64,000 bases of DNA from an uncultured Chloroflexia bacterium (GTDB taxonomy: Bacteria; Chloroflexota; Anaerolineae; CG2-30-64-16): positions 1,120,001 to 1,184,000 of the forward strand of contig CAWEMM010000006.1 of NCBI GenBank assembly GCA_963810095.1, written 5' to 3'. Shown here in pieces: positions 43,301-54,307 of the stretch. Below the pieces are notes generated by a model. The model made no database searches and was not told where the DNA came from. It saw only the letters and a list, made by a program, of their open reading frames with translations. Position 1 is the first letter of the stretch; every line of letters starts with the position of its first letter. The position numbers were made by a program, and so were the translations under genes.

Positions 43301-46300
43301 GCCGCGGCCATGTGCTCGCGATCGTCCATCGCCCGGCAGGCCTGCACCCACTCCTCGTATGACCGGATTGCGCCGGGGATGTCATTGCTCGCTTCGGCAG
43401 CTTCGGCCAGCAGGCGCAGCGCGGCCGCTTCACGGCGGCGGTCGTTGCTCGACCGCGCCAACGCCCGGGCTTCTTCGTAGCATGGCTTTGCCTCGTCGGG
43501 CAGCCCGCGGGCCGCCAGCGTCTCGCCGCGGCGCACCAGGACGTCGGCCGTTGTCGCGGAGTCGCCGGCCGCCCGGAGCAGCGGCAGCGCCTGCTGGTAA
43601 GCCAGCTCCGCCTGCCCCAGGTGCCCCTGCACACGCTGAGCCTCTGCCACCCGCAGCAGGGCCGCGCCTTCGATGTCCGCCCGCCTGTTCAGTTGGGCGA
43701 GTGTAAGGGCCTGCTCCGCCGCCTCTGAAGCGCCGGCAATGCGGCCGCCGTCTGACAAAGCCGCCGCCAGCCCCAAGAGGGCGTTCATTTCGGTCTCGGG
43801 CTGCCACAGCAACCGGGCAGCCGGCAGCGCCTGCTCGAAATACGCCGCCGCGCAGGCCGCTTCGCCCGCGGCCACGCATGCCTCGCCCAGGCGCGTCAGG
43901 AGCAGCAGTTCGCGCGGCCCGTCGGCAGCTTCTCGTGCGGCGGCCAGGGCCTCGCCATAACTCTCGATCGCGGCCCGCGGCCGCCGGGCGGCCATCTGCG
44001 CCTCGCCCAGGTGTATGAGCAAGCTGAGCGCCTCGGGATTGTTTCCCGACAGGCGGGCGGCTGCCGACGGCAGCGGCATATGCGTCGCACGCCTCGGCCG
44101 GCTGTCCGCCGGCGAGCGCCAGCCCGCCAAGCGACCGGTACGCGGCGACAGCCGTCCCGTGATCGCCCTGCGCGGCAGACAGCGGCGCGGCCACCCGATA
44201 CTCGGCGGCGGCGTCGACCCCGCGCCCGGTCCGTTCGTACCCGCGCGCGAGCTCCAGGTGGACATCGCGCTCTGCGGCCGGGTCGCCGGCCAGGTGGACC
44301 GGCTCGACCGCCCGGGCCAGGCTCGCCAGCGCCTCGGCGTCCTCGCCCATCTTCGCCTGCACGAGCGCAAGTGCGCAGAGCACCATGGCTTCGGCGCCCG
44401 CATCGCCGACCGCCCGGGCCTGCTCGAGCGCCAGATCGTACTCGCGCTCGGCCGCGGCCAGCCGGCCCTGGCGCTGATTCAGTTCCGCCAGCTCGAAATG
44501 CAGCGCGCCCGACGCCCCCCGGTCGCCCGCAGCGTCGACCAACGGCAGCGCCGCGGCGTAGTGTGCGGCCGCGGCCTCCAACTCGCCGCGCTCCGCCGCG
44601 GCGTCGCCCAGGTGCTGCAGCAGCGCCGCCTCGACCGACCGGTCGCCGAGCGCTTGAGCGAGGGCCAAGGCGGCAGAATAGGCCGCCTCGGCCGCGTCGA
44701 ACTGGGTTGCGGCATCGTGGGCAGCCCCCAGGTGCAGCAGGGCTGCGAGTTCCTCCGCCCGGTCCCCACGTTCACGGCTGGCCGCGAGCGCAACGTCGGC
44801 GTACTGCAGCGCATCGTCGGTCCGCCCGGCTTGCCGCTCCAGGTCGGCGAGGCGAAGGACCAGGTCGAGACGCGCGCCGGCAGCCCCTCCATGCACGGAC
44901 GCAGAACGGCCCTCCGCGGCCGCGCTTTCTGAGAGCTGGAGCGCCCCGCGCAGGAAGGTGATTGCTTCGTCGAGTTGGCCCTTCGCCCGGTGGCAGTCCG
45001 CCAGGCTGGTTAGGAGATCGCGCTCCACATCCGGGTGCCGCAGCGCCCGGCTCAGCTGCAGGGCCGCTTCAAAACAAGCCGCTGCCAGGTCAGGACGCTC
45101 CGTAGCGACGTGAAGGTCGCCCAGTTTGCGCAATGTGTCCAGCTCGATCTCGGCCTGGCCCAGTTCGCCGCGCGATCGGCAGCGCGCTCTCCAGACATTC
45201 GAGGCCAATGCCGCACAGCCCCAGTTCCAGGTAGGCCCGCGCCAGGTCCCCGAGCACCTGCAGTTCGACCGGCCGCGTGCCCCCGGCGCGGGCAAGGGGC
45301 AAAGCTGCCCCCAGGTCGACCAGCATCGCCTCCCAATCGCCGGCGTCACCATGCGCCCCGGCGACAACCCGCAGCGCGCGCAACTCCGCGTCCCGATCGC
45401 CCAGGCGCCGTGCCAGGGGCAAAGCCGACTCGGCCGCGAGCGCGGCTGCGGCCGCCTGGCCCGCGGCTGCGAGCGCGTCGGAGAGTAAGCACCGGGCCCG
45501 CAGCTCGGTCGCCTCGTCGCTATCGGTCATGGCGACCGCGAGCGCCCCTTCGAGCGTGCCGAGCGCATCCTCGCACTGCTCCGCCTCCAGATAGGCACGC
45601 CCGAGCCCGCACAGGATCGGGCCCTCGCGCCGGGTAACTCCCACGTCGCGTGCCAGCTTCAGGGCCGCGGTATAGTGTGCGATGGCTTCGCCCGGCGCCG
45701 TGTCCACGCACACGTCGCCCAGTTCGCCCATCAACTCGGCCTCGAGACGTGTGTCGTCGACCCGCTCGGCCAGCAGCACGGCCCGGCGGTAAGCTTCAGC
45801 CGCAGGGCCGGCCGCGCCATAACGCCCGGCGGGCAGCGAACCCTCCAACCGTGCGACCCGGCACAGCGCGTCCAGTTCCGCGTATGGGTCGCCAAGTCGC
45901 CTCGCGCAGGCTGCCTGGTCCGCCAGGAGCCGCCGCACTGCGAGGGTATCGTCCCCCGCCGTCCGGGCCGCCCGGAGTTGCTCCAGCGCACTTAGCTCGA
46001 AGCGCGCATCTCCCGAGGCCCGTGCTGAGACGAGGGCCTGCATCAGTGGCTCGACCGCCGCCCCATAATCCCCGTTCCCGTTAAGCGCCGCGCCAACCCG
46101 CAGTTGAGCGAGCCCAATGGCACCCGGATCACCGGTCTCCTGCGCAACCGCCGCGGCCTGGCGGGCCACCCGCAGGGCCGCGCCCGGCTGCCCGAGCTCG
46201 AGCTTGACTTCAGACAACGCCGCCAGGTGCCGGGCCTCCCAACGGCCGCGCCCCGGCGCCGGCGCGGGTCGCAGCGCCTGCTCGAGCCACGCCTCGCGCA

Positions 46301-47294
46301 GGCTGGGCGGCGCAACCAGGGCCAGCAGCCGCGGCGCCGCGCCGGCAAATGCGTCGACTGCGGCCCGCCCGCGCAGGTCGTCCCGGCTCGCCAGTTGTTC
46401 CCACGCAGCCGAGACCTGCAGCCAGTTCTCTGCGTAACGGTCGAGCGCGGCGCCCGCCGCCGGGCCGCCCCCGCCATAGGTCGCTTCCAAGTCCTGGGTC
46501 AGCGCCAACACGGCTTCCGCATGACGCTGACGCACCGTGTCCGCCTCTGAGTGGGCGCCCAAGCGCCACGCGGCGTGTTGCTGCACGTAAGCGGGCAGGA
46601 ACAGGTCCTCTGTCCAGCCGCGCATCTCGAGCACCCCGCAGCTGCAGAGCTCCATGAGCGCACGCCGGGCCCCGTCGTCCGACTCGCCCCAGACCCGGGC
46701 AACCAGGGCCGTGTCCAGCCCGCCCGCGGCAAACGCGCCCAGCATGCGCAAACGCCACTGCATGGCCGGCGCGAGCGTGTCATAGCAGAAGCGGGCATCG
46801 AGAACGAGGGTCAGTTCGTCTTCGCCGCTGGCTCCACCCCGCTCCGGCGCCGGCGTGGCCGCAGCCAAACGCCCGGCCAGCTGCCCGTCACCCGTCAGCA
46901 GCAGGGCCGCGGCGCCCCGCGGGATGAGGGTGTTGAGGACCCAGCGGGCCAGTTCTTCATCCTGCGGCTCCCCCAGGATAAAGAGCGCCCGGCCCCGGTT
47001 CTGCAGGCGTCGTTGGATGGCCCTCGTGCGCCGGTCCAGGTCGACGTCGCCTGAGGCGGCAATGCCCACCTGGCGTTCGGCCTGCCGCAGAACGGTCAGC
47101 GGGAGGACACCGCCCTGCATGTCCAGCCAGATCGCGCCGGCCGGAAACAGGTCGCCGCACGCCTCGACCGCGCTGCGCGCAAGCGCCGCACGCGTCCGGT
47201 CATCTTCGGCGCGGAGCGAAACCGCGTTCACACCGGATTGGGGCACGGCGGCGAGGAGCGCACACGCAGCCCGAATGATGGGTGAGCGGATCAT
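40375..47294 (-). CDS. giant (~2300 aa) TPR protein with degenerate NB-ARC/STAND-like N-terminus; frameshifts near 45170 and 44070
   Basis: Three consecutive TPR-bearing segments (45090..47294, 43430..45367, 40375..44403) with ~40-aa GD...EA..L..LG periodicity. AAGGAG RBS. Confidence 0.85.
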
Positions 47295-47340
47295 GGCGTT
47301 CTCCTTGGGTTGAGCAGGGTTATCCAGTATTTCCTATATC

Positions 47341-47369
47341 ATTGTAATACTATTTTTTAGTGGATGCAA
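47341..47369 (-). promoter_or_regulatory. near-consensus sigma70 promoter of the giant TPR gene
   Basis: TTGCAT-N17-TACAAT in an AT-rich patch. Confidence 0.7.
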
Positions 47370-47384
47370 GTAGGAAAAAAGGGG

Positions 47385-47421
47385 AAAAGAAAGGGAGGCG
47401 CACCCTTGCGAGGCGCCTCCC
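47385..47421 (-). terminator. intrinsic terminator after tRNA-Lys
   Basis: GGGAGGCG/CGCCTCCC stem followed by TTTCTTTT on the minus strand. Confidence 0.75.
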
Positions 47422-47434
47422 AGCAGGAAGAAGA

Positions 47435-47507
<73 letters not shown>

Positions 47508-47516
47508 AACGCCGTG

Positions 47517-47545
47517 ATGATAGCACAGCCGGGGGTGGGCGGCAA
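47517..47545 (-). promoter_or_regulatory. sigma70 promoter of tRNA-Lys
   Basis: TTGCCG-N17-TATCAT with TGn extension, 9 nt before the tRNA. Confidence 0.65.
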
Positions 47546-47547
47546 AC

Positions 47548-47584
47548 GCAGAAACCGGGTTTCTTCGAGAAACGGCGTTTCTGC
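47548..47584. repeat. REP-like palindrome, GAAACCGGGTTTC family (family B)
   Basis: GCAGAAACCGGGTTTCTTCGAGAAACGGCGTTTCTGC. Related copy at 56546-56595. Confidence 0.6.
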
Positions 47585-47589
47585 AGAGC

Positions 47590-48936
47590 TCAGCTGCCGA
47601 AATACTGCTCCACCGCGTCGGGCGCCCACTGCTCCACCACCGAGCGCGGCACGCCGTTCGACTGCGCAATGCGCCCGTAGATCGCGGCGCTTGTCCGCGG
47701 CGTCCGCACGCCCGTCGCCGGGTCCAGCTCGATCAGCCCGAAGCGCAGGTTCCAGCCCTCGGACCACTCGAAGTTGTCGACCAGCGTCCAGTGATAATAC
47801 CCCCGCACGTCCACGCCGTCCTGGATCGCGCGCCAGACCTCGGGCAGATACGTGCTCAGCACATACGGGCGCTGCTTGTCCTCCCGGTCGGGCACCCCGT
47901 TCTCCGTGATGTAGACCGGCTTGCCGTACTCCTGCAGCTTCTTCAGCGCCAGGTACATGCCCGGCGGGTTGATCTCGCAGAACGGCTGCCCGTCCGAGGT
48001 GCACTCGCACGACGCGACTTCAGGCGCATGGTACTGGCTGGCGAAAAACAGCGCCGGCTGCCTCGCGTCGAACTTGATGCGCGCCGTCGAGTAGTAGTTG
48101 AGCCCGATGTAATCGCTGGAGTCGATCAACTGGGGGACGACCTGGCCCATGCCAACCAACGGACCCAGCCGGCCGTAAGTAACCGCGTCCAGCGTGGAGC
48201 GATTCGCTATCTGGTCGAAGAACACGGCCAGGCGGCGGTCCAGCGGGTTGCGCGGGTCGGCCGGGAGGAAGTACCGCATGTGGTGGGCCAGGCCCACCCG
48301 GGCGTCGTTCTGAATGCGATGGATCGTGCGATAGGCGCGGCCGTGAGCCAGCAGCATAGTGCGCAGGACGCCCAACGCCCGGGGCAGGCTGGCCCCACCG
48401 GGCGGGAAGAGCCCCTGGTGGAAGCCGTAGAACGCATAGACGATCGGCTCGTTGATCGTGCACCACAGGTTGACCCGGTCGCCCAGCGCGCCCACGACCC
48501 GCTCGGTGAAACGCGAGAAGTAGTCGCCGATGAGCGGGTTCTCCCAACCGCCCAGTTCGCCAAGCCAGACTGGATCGGTGAAGTGGTGCAGCGTGACCAT
48601 CGGCTCGATGCCCCGCTCGCAGAGCAGCCCCACCATCTCCCCGTACTTCGCGAGCGCCCGGGCATCAAACTCGCCGGGCGCCGGCTCAATCCGGCTCCAT
48701 TCGACAGAGATGCGCAGTGCATTCAGCCCCATCTCGGCTGCCCGGTCGAAGTCGCTTGCGGCGGTTGCCAGGTCCCACCAGTTCGTGGCCTTCTCGCACC
48801 GCTGGCCCTCGAAGATGTGCCCCGGCTCCTGTTCCCACAGGTGCCAGTTGTTCGCGCGGTTATCGCCCTCGTTCTGGTGCGCCGCGGTTGCCGCGCCCCA
48901 GCGAAAGCCATCAGGAAAACGCAGAATGTCGGTCAT
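47590..48936 (-). CDS. glycoside hydrolase family 1 (beta-glucosidase-like)
   Basis: FRWGAATAAHQNEG, TLHHF, TINEP (acid/base), YITENG (nucleophile), DNFEWSEG. Confidence 0.95.
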   Translation of the reverse strand: MTDILRFPDGFRWGAATAAHQNEGDNRANNWHLWEQEPGHIFEGQRCEKATNWWDLATAASDFDRAAEMGLNALRISVEWSRIEPAPGEFDARALAKYGEMVGLLCERGIEPMVTLHHFTDPVWLGELGGWENPLIGDYFSRFTERVVGALGDRVNLWCTINEPIVYAFYGFHQGLFPPGGASLPRALGVLRTMLLAHGRAYRTIHRIQNDARVGLAHHMRYFLPADPRNPLDRRLAVFFDQIANRSTLDAVTYGRLGPLVGMGQVVPQLIDSSDYIGLNYYSTARIKFDARQPALFFASQYHAPEVASCECTSDGQPFCEINPPGMYLALKKLQEYGKPVYITENGVPDREDKQRPYVLSTYLPEVWRAIQDGVDVRGYYHWTLVDNFEWSEGWNLRFGLIELDPATGVRTPRTSAAIYGRIAQSNGVPRSVVEQWAPDAVEQYFGS

Positions 48937-48977
48937 CGCCTCGGCCCCCCGGCCTCGTCGCAGGCTGTCAGGAGATC

Positions 48978-49050
48978 AACCACCAAGGCCCAAAGCCACG
49001 AAGGATCACAAAGGTCTTTGTGACCCTCGTGGCTTTGTGCCTTGGTGGTT
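48978..49050. repeat. REP-like inverted repeat (family A)
   Basis: AACCACCAAGGCCCAAAGCCACGAAGG...CCTCGTGGCTTTGTGCCTTGGTGGTT. Confidence 0.65.
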
Positions 49051-49525
49051 AATTCGGGTTCTCGTTGTCCGTGCTTGCGGGCGCGGGCGCCGCGGCCCAG
49101 TGCTGTAGCTCGACGCCGGCCTCGGTCAGGAACGCGACGGCGTTCTCGTCCGGGTAATGACCCGCGTAGACCACCCGGTTGATGCCTGCGTTGATGATCA
49201 TTTTCGCGCAGGTCAGGCACGGCTGATGGGTCACATAGATCGTCCCGCCGTCCACGCTGACGCCGTGCAGGGCGGCCTGGATGATCGCGTTCTGCTCCGC
49301 ATGCAGCGTCCGCACGCAGTGGTTGGCGATCATCAGGTGGCCCACCTCGTCACAGTGCGGCAGTCCGGCCGGCGAACCGTTGTAGCCGGTGGTCAGAATG
49401 CGCCGTTCTTTGACGATGATCGAGCCGACGCGCGCCCGGTCACACGTGCTGCGCTTCGCCACCTGGAAGGTGATGTCCATGAAGTAGTCGTCCCACGAAG
49501 GGCGAACGTGGACCTGCTCGCTCAT
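49049..49525 (-). CDS. dCMP deaminase (ComEB-like)
   Basis: RPSWDDYFM, RSTC, TGYNG, HAEQNAI, PCLTC. Confidence 0.93.
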   Translation of the reverse strand: MSEQVHVRPSWDDYFMDITFQVAKRSTCDRARVGSIIVKERRILTTGYNGSPAGLPHCDEVGHLMIANHCVRTLHAEQNAIIQAALHGVSVDGGTIYVTHQPCLTCAKMIINAGINRVVYAGHYPDENAVAFLTEAGVELQHWAAAPAPASTDNENPN

Positions 49526-49541
49526 AGACGCCTCACGTTCA

Positions 49542-50183
49542 TCAGCCCGTGCCGAACTGGCGGTCGCCCGCATCGCCCAGCCCCGGCACAATGTAGCCGA
49601 TCTCGTTGAGCCGTTCGTCGACGGCCGCCAAGTGGATGGGCACGTCGGGGTGGGCGCTATGCAGCTTGTGAACGCCTTCCGGCGCGCCGATGATGCCCAC
49701 GTACTTGATGCGCGCCGCGCCCCACTTCTTAAGGATGTCGACCGTCGCCGAGGCCGAACCGCCCGTCGCCAGCATCGGATCGAGGATCAGGCACACCTGG
49801 ACCGTGGGCGAAATCGGCAGCTTGTTGTAATACTGCACCGGTCGCAGCGTTCGCTCGTCACGGAAGAGGCCGATGTGCCAGACCTCTGCGCCCGGCATCA
49901 TCTCCCAGATGCCCTCGACCATGCCCAGACCCGCCCGCAGCACCGGGACCAGGCCGATCGTCTCGGTCACCTCGCGACATTGGGCGACGGCGAGCGGCGT
50001 TTCCACGTCCTTGTCCATCAGTCGCAGGTCGGCCGTCGCTTCGTACGCCAGCAGGATGGCAATCTCGCGGATCAATTCGCGGAACTTCTTGGGCTCGGTT
50101 CGCTTGTCGCGCAGCCGCGACAGCTTGTGCTGGATGAGGGGATGGTTTGAAACGAACACGTTGTCGGGTAAGGGGTTCACCAT
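49542..50183 (-). CDS. upp: uracil phosphoribosyltransferase
   Basis: [38 protein letters not shown]. Confidence 0.97.
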   Translation of the reverse strand: MVNPLPDNVFVSNHPLIQHKLSRLRDKRTEPKKFRELIREIAILLAYEATADLRLMDKDVETPLAVAQCREVTETIGLVPVLRAGLGMVEGIWEMMPGAEVWHIGLFRDERTLRPVQYYNKLPISPTVQVCLILDPMLATGGSASATVDILKKWGAARIKYVGIIGAPEGVHKLHSAHPDVPIHLAAVDERLNEIGYIVPGLGDAGDRQFGTG

Positions 50184-50240
50184 GTCCTCCCGTGTGAAGA
50201 AACCTGTTTCTGACTGACGAATGCGACTCGTTGCTCGCAG

Positions 50241-50286
50241 AAAAAACGGGTTGGGCGGCCCGTTAAATGGGGCAGTCCCAACCCGT
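50241..50286 (-). terminator. intrinsic terminator after the DksA-like gene
   Basis: ACGGGTTGGG/CCCAACCCGT stem followed by a T-run on the minus strand. Confidence 0.65.
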
Positions 50287-50350
50287 CACAAAGCGGGCCG
50301 GTTCGCGTCTCCGGCCCTTCCTCTGCACGTACATGCACGCACGCTCCGCG

Positions 50351-50737
50351 TTATTCGATCTCTTGTGGCTCGCGCGGCAGTTGCCCGCGCTTGATCAGTT
50401 TCTCGACCTCAACCTGGCAAGTCACGCACAGGGTGGCGTCCGGGCGCACTTCCAGCCGCTCCGTGGGGATTTCCTTGCCGCAGCGCTCACACGTCCCGTA
50501 CCGGCCCTTGTCAATGGACCGCAAAGCGGCCTGCACGCGCGCCAGTCGGCCCTCGAGCTGGCTGACCAACGCGACATTCTTCTCCCGTTCGATCAGGTCG
50601 GGGTCGCCTTCTTCAGCGTCTACATCCACTTCGACCTTGAGGGCCTCGCGCAAACGCTCCAGTTCGCCCGTGATGCGCGTCTGCTCTTCGGCCAGCTTAT
50701 GGCGCTCGCGGGCAATGATTTGTGGTCTTGTCGGCAT
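50351..50737 (-). CDS. TraR/DksA C4 zinc-finger protein
   Basis: Coiled coil, then ALRSIDKGRYGTCERCGKEIPTERLEVRPDATLCVTC. AAGGAG RBS. Confidence 0.9.
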   Translation of the reverse strand: MPTRPQIIARERHKLAEEQTRITGELERLREALKVEVDVDAEEGDPDLIEREKNVALVSQLEGRLARVQAALRSIDKGRYGTCERCGKEIPTERLEVRPDATLCVTCQVEVEKLIKRGQLPREPQEIE

Positions 50738-50776
50738 CAAAAGGCTCCTTTTAGCGACCCGGAAAATGGTCGACCT

Positions 50777-50805
50777 CTTATACCACATAACGTACACGCC
50801 GTCAA
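50777..50805 (-). promoter_or_regulatory. sigma70 promoter of the DksA-like gene
   Basis: TTGACG-N17-TATAAG with TGn extension. Confidence 0.65.
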
Positions 50806-50876
50806 CGCGGTCGCTGGAGCTACAGAAACGCGGGGCGGGCGCTTGGCCCGGCAAGCCCTGTGTCACCTGCCGATCG

Positions 50877-51281
50877 TCAGCCCGGCCCTTTGTTCCACGA
50901 ACCGATCTCGATCAGGTTGCCTTCCGGGTCTGCGACCATGGACGAACGCATACCCCACGGCTCGTCGCGTGGCGCATATACCGGCCGCCCACCCAAGGCA
51001 ACCACCCGCTCAAAGGCCGGGCCAACGTCTTCAAACAGCGGCATGTCGATCGCCAGTTCGAAGGTCCCGTTCAGCCCGGTCGGATATCCCGGCTCCTGCC
51101 CGAGCAGCTCGGGCAACAGCCGCCGCTCGTACATGGACATGCGGACGCCGTCGTTCTTGAACTCCGCATACGGGCTCTCGCCATCCCACTCGACTTCGAA
51201 CATCAACACGTCGCGGTAGAACGCCACCATCCGGCGGATGTCGCTCACAAAAATGCCCACCATGTCCAGTCGCGTGCCCAT
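50877..51281 (-). CDS. VOC/glyoxalase family protein
   Basis: AFYRDVL, PRDEPWGMRSSMVADPEGNLIEI. Confidence 0.9.
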   Translation of the reverse strand: MGTRLDMVGIFVSDIRRMVAFYRDVLMFEVEWDGESPYAEFKNDGVRMSMYERRLLPELLGQEPGYPTGLNGTFELAIDMPLFEDVGPAFERVVALGGRPVYAPRDEPWGMRSSMVADPEGNLIEIGSWNKGPG

Positions 51282-51295
51282 CGGTCCTCCTTGGC

Positions 51296-52174
51296 CTACC
51301 CGGCCAGCAATTCGTCGAGGATCTGATCGAATGCCCCGACCGCGAGCGAAAGGTGGCCTTCGCCCGGCAGCAGGTGGCGCTTGGAGCCGGGGACGTGATC
51401 CGCGAGCCAGACGCCATGCGCAAACGGCACCATGCGATCCTCTGTCCCCTGCCAGATCGCGACATCGTGCAGGCCCGCCAGGTCAAAACCCCAGTCCTTG
51501 GTGAAGGCCAGGTCGTCGTCGCGCTGGCCCGCCACGCCGTTTGCCAGCGCCGCCTGGAACGAACCCAGCAGGAACTCCGCGTACTCGCCCGTCACCTGGG
51601 CCTTGTCGACCTCCGAGACCAAGCCCCCCAAGGCCTGCGCCAGGTCCGGACCCGCGAGCCCCGCCAGCGACCCGGCAAACGCCTCGAGGAAGGGCGTGAG
51701 CGGGCCGCTGCCCTGCGAGGCGAGCCCGAACTCCTCTACGTTCTCGGGTCCCATGCCGTCGAACCAATCCAGCCCCTCGGCGGGATAAGGCGCTACGCCC
51801 GCGATCGTGGCTGCGGCCAGGCAGCGCTCGGGCAGAGCAGCCGCACAGGCCAGGGCATGGGGTCCACCGCCCGACGCGCCGACCGTGCGAAAGGTCTTGA
51901 CGCCGAGTGCGCCCAGAATACAGGCGACATCTGCGGCCGCGTCGACCACTCGCCGCCCTGGTTGGGGCGTGGACGCGCCATAACCCGGCCGCGAGTAGCG
52001 CACCAGCCTCACCCCACGTGCCGCGGCCGATGCGACGTGCGCCGGCAACTCCATCCCCACGCCCGGCGTGCCGTGGTGGCTCACGATCACCGGCCCGTCC
52101 GCCGGCCCATACGTCCAGACCTCCAGCGTGCGGCCGTCGGCCGTTTCGATATGTAAGGGTAGATCGACAGTCAT
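51296..52174 (-). CDS. alpha/beta-fold hydrolase
   Basis: [51 protein letters not shown] before the ATG at 52174. Confidence 0.9.
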   Translation of the reverse strand: MTVDLPLHIETADGRTLEVWTYGPADGPVIVSHHGTPGVGMELPAHVASAAARGVRLVRYSRPGYGASTPQPGRRVVDAAADVACILGALGVKTFRTVGASGGGPHALACAAALPERCLAAATIAGVAPYPAEGLDWFDGMGPENVEEFGLASQGSGPLTPFLEAFAGSLAGLAGPDLAQALGGLVSEVDKAQVTGEYAEFLLGSFQAALANGVAGQRDDDLAFTKDWGFDLAGLHDVAIWQGTEDRMVPFAHGVWLADHVPGSKRHLLPGEGHLSLAVGAFDQILDELLAG

Positions 52175-52294
52175 ACGACCTCCAGTCGGCAATAGTATAT
52201 CAAATATGGGCATCCGCCGGTTGGCCCTTCGTTCGTATGCGGCCCAATGCGTCCACGGCCGCGCGCCGCGTATGGCTGGAATTCGCCCGCTCCG

Positions 52295-52303
52295 TGCTAT
52301 AAT
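52295..52303 (+). promoter_or_regulatory. extended -10 promoter of metG
   Basis: TGcTATAAT, 46 nt upstream of the ATG. Confidence 0.6.
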
Positions 52304-52349
52304 AGGGGATACGCCCCGTCCGGACGGGCGTCGATCATGGAGTAGTGGT

Positions 52350-54110
52350 ATGTCTGAGAAGATCCTCGTCTGCGTCGCCTGGCCTTACTGCAACGGCGAC
52401 ATGCACATCGGCCACATCGCCGGCGCCTACCTGCCGTCTGACATCTTCGCCCGCTATCACCGGCTGGCGGGGAACGACGTGCTCATGGTCTCCGGCTCCG
52501 ACACACACGGCACGCCCATCACCGTGCGCGCCGAGGAGGAGGGTATCTCCCCGCGAGGTGGTGGACCGCTACCATCCCCGCAACGTGGAGATGATGCGGC
52601 AGTTGGGGATCAGCTTCGACCTGTTCACCGAGACCGACACGGAGAACCATTGGGCCGTCACCCAGGAGATGTTCCTCGAGCACCTCAAGAACGAGGTCGT
52701 CTACAAAGACAAGATGCCCCAGCTCTACTGCGTCGACTGCAACAAGTGGCTCGCCGACCGCTACGTGGAAGGCACTTGCCCCCATTGCGGCTACACCGGC
52801 GCGCGGGGCGACCAGTGCGACAACTGCGGCCGCACCTACGACGCCATCGAGCTGATCAACCCCCGCTGCAAGTACTGCGGCGGCTCCAACATCGAAGTGC
52901 GCGAGACCGAGCACTTTTTCCTCGACCTCGGCGCGCTGAACGACCCGCTCCTCGAGTGGGTCACCAGCGGCGCCAAGACGCACTGGCGGCCCAACGTCTA
53001 TAACTACACCGTTTCGCGCCTCGCCACCCACGAACTGCACGGCCGGCCGATCACGCGCGACCTCACGTGGGGCGTCACGATTCCGCTGCCCGGCTACGAG
53101 AACAAGCGCATCTACGTCTGGTACGACGCGGTAATCGGCTACCTGTCCGCGTCGAAGGAGTGGGCCGGCGGTCGTCGGCCGGCCCGAGGCGTGGCGCGAG
53201 TGGTGGAACGACAAGGACGCCCGCACCTACTACTTCATCGGCAAGGACAACATCGACTTCCACACCATCATCTGGCCCGGCATGCTGATCGGCTACGGCC
53301 ACGATTTGAACCTGCCCTACGACGTGCCGGCCAACGAGTACCTGAACGTCGAGGGCCGCAAGCTCTCGCAAGAGCCGGCGCTGGATGATCGTCATGGGCG
53401 ACGTGCTCGAGCGGTACGCGCCCGACCCCTGGCGCTACGCGCTCTGCGCCAGCATGCCCGAGAGCACGGACGTCAACTTCACCTGGGAAGAGTTCGTCCG
53501 CCGCAACAACGAGGAGTTGGTTGCGACCTGGGGCAACCTGGCGAACCGGGTGCTGGGCTTCGCATTCAAGCGCTACGACGGCAAGGTGCCCCAGCCCGGC
53601 TCGCTCAACGCCGACGACCAGGCCATGCTCGACGCGATCCAGCCGGCGTTCGACAAGGTCACGGCCGCACTTGAGGCCGTGAAGCTCAAGCTGGCGCTGG
53701 GCGAGGCGATGGCGCTGGCGCACGAAGCAAACCGGTACCTGAACGTCAAGGAGCCTTGGAAACAGATCAAGACCGACCCCGAGGCCGCGGCCACCAGCGT
53801 GTTCGTCGCCCTGCGGGTCATCGATACGCTCAAGACGCTCTTCGCGCCGTTCCTGCCCTACACCTGCCAGGCGCTGCACGAGTACCTGGGCTACGACGGG
53901 CAGTTGTTCGGCAGCGTGTACACCGAGACGCTGCACGAGACGGAGCGCGAACACCTCGCGCTGCGCTATGACGCGACCGGCGCGAAGGGGTGCTGGTCGG
54001 TCAGCGACCTGCAGCCGGGCCAGCCTCTCCGCGAGCCCAAGCCCCTGTTCCTCAAGCTCGAGCCAACGGTTGCCGAGGAAGAAGTCGAGCGAATGGCAGC
54101 CGGCGCGTGA
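52350..54110 (+). CDS. metG: methionine--tRNA ligase (two Zn knuckles, no C-terminal OB domain); frameshifts near 52550, 53170 and 53375
   Basis: [21 protein letters not shown], four Cxx[20 protein letters not shown] motif, [11 protein letters not shown]. Confidence 0.95.
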
Positions 54111-54116
54111 AACGCA

Positions 54117-54173
54117 GGGGTGAGGCATTCACAGCGCCGGCCGATCGGGCCGGCGCTGTGAATGCCTCTCCCC
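54117..54173. repeat. long hairpin / REP-like element after metG
   Basis: 21-bp perfect arms GAGGCATTCACAGCGCCGGCC with a 5-nt loop. A partial GAATGCCTCACCC copy recurs near 61228. Confidence 0.65.
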
Positions 54174-54187
54174 CACCGCAGGAAATA

Positions 54188-54238
54188 ACTATCAATATCT
54201 TCATAGTAATTGACAGGGGACGGGCCCTGTGCTAATAT
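54188..54238 (+). promoter_or_regulatory. strong sigma70 promoter with adjacent imperfect palindrome (candidate operator)
   Basis: TTGACA(54210)-N17-TAATAT(54233). ACTATCAA-N4-TTCATAGT at 54188-54207. Confidence 0.7.
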
Positions 54239-54307
54239 GCGGGCCTAACGCGCTCGCCGTATGAGCGGTCATGCGGCGGGCGATTTTATCAGCACGAGGC
54301 GGATTCC

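Noticed and set aside
25910-43362. Long plus-strand ORFs antisense to real genes (e.g. 25910..28309, 40414..43362; also 1792..3759, 10068..12200)
   Set aside because: Shadow ORFs typical of high-GC DNA, with no recognisable motifs.
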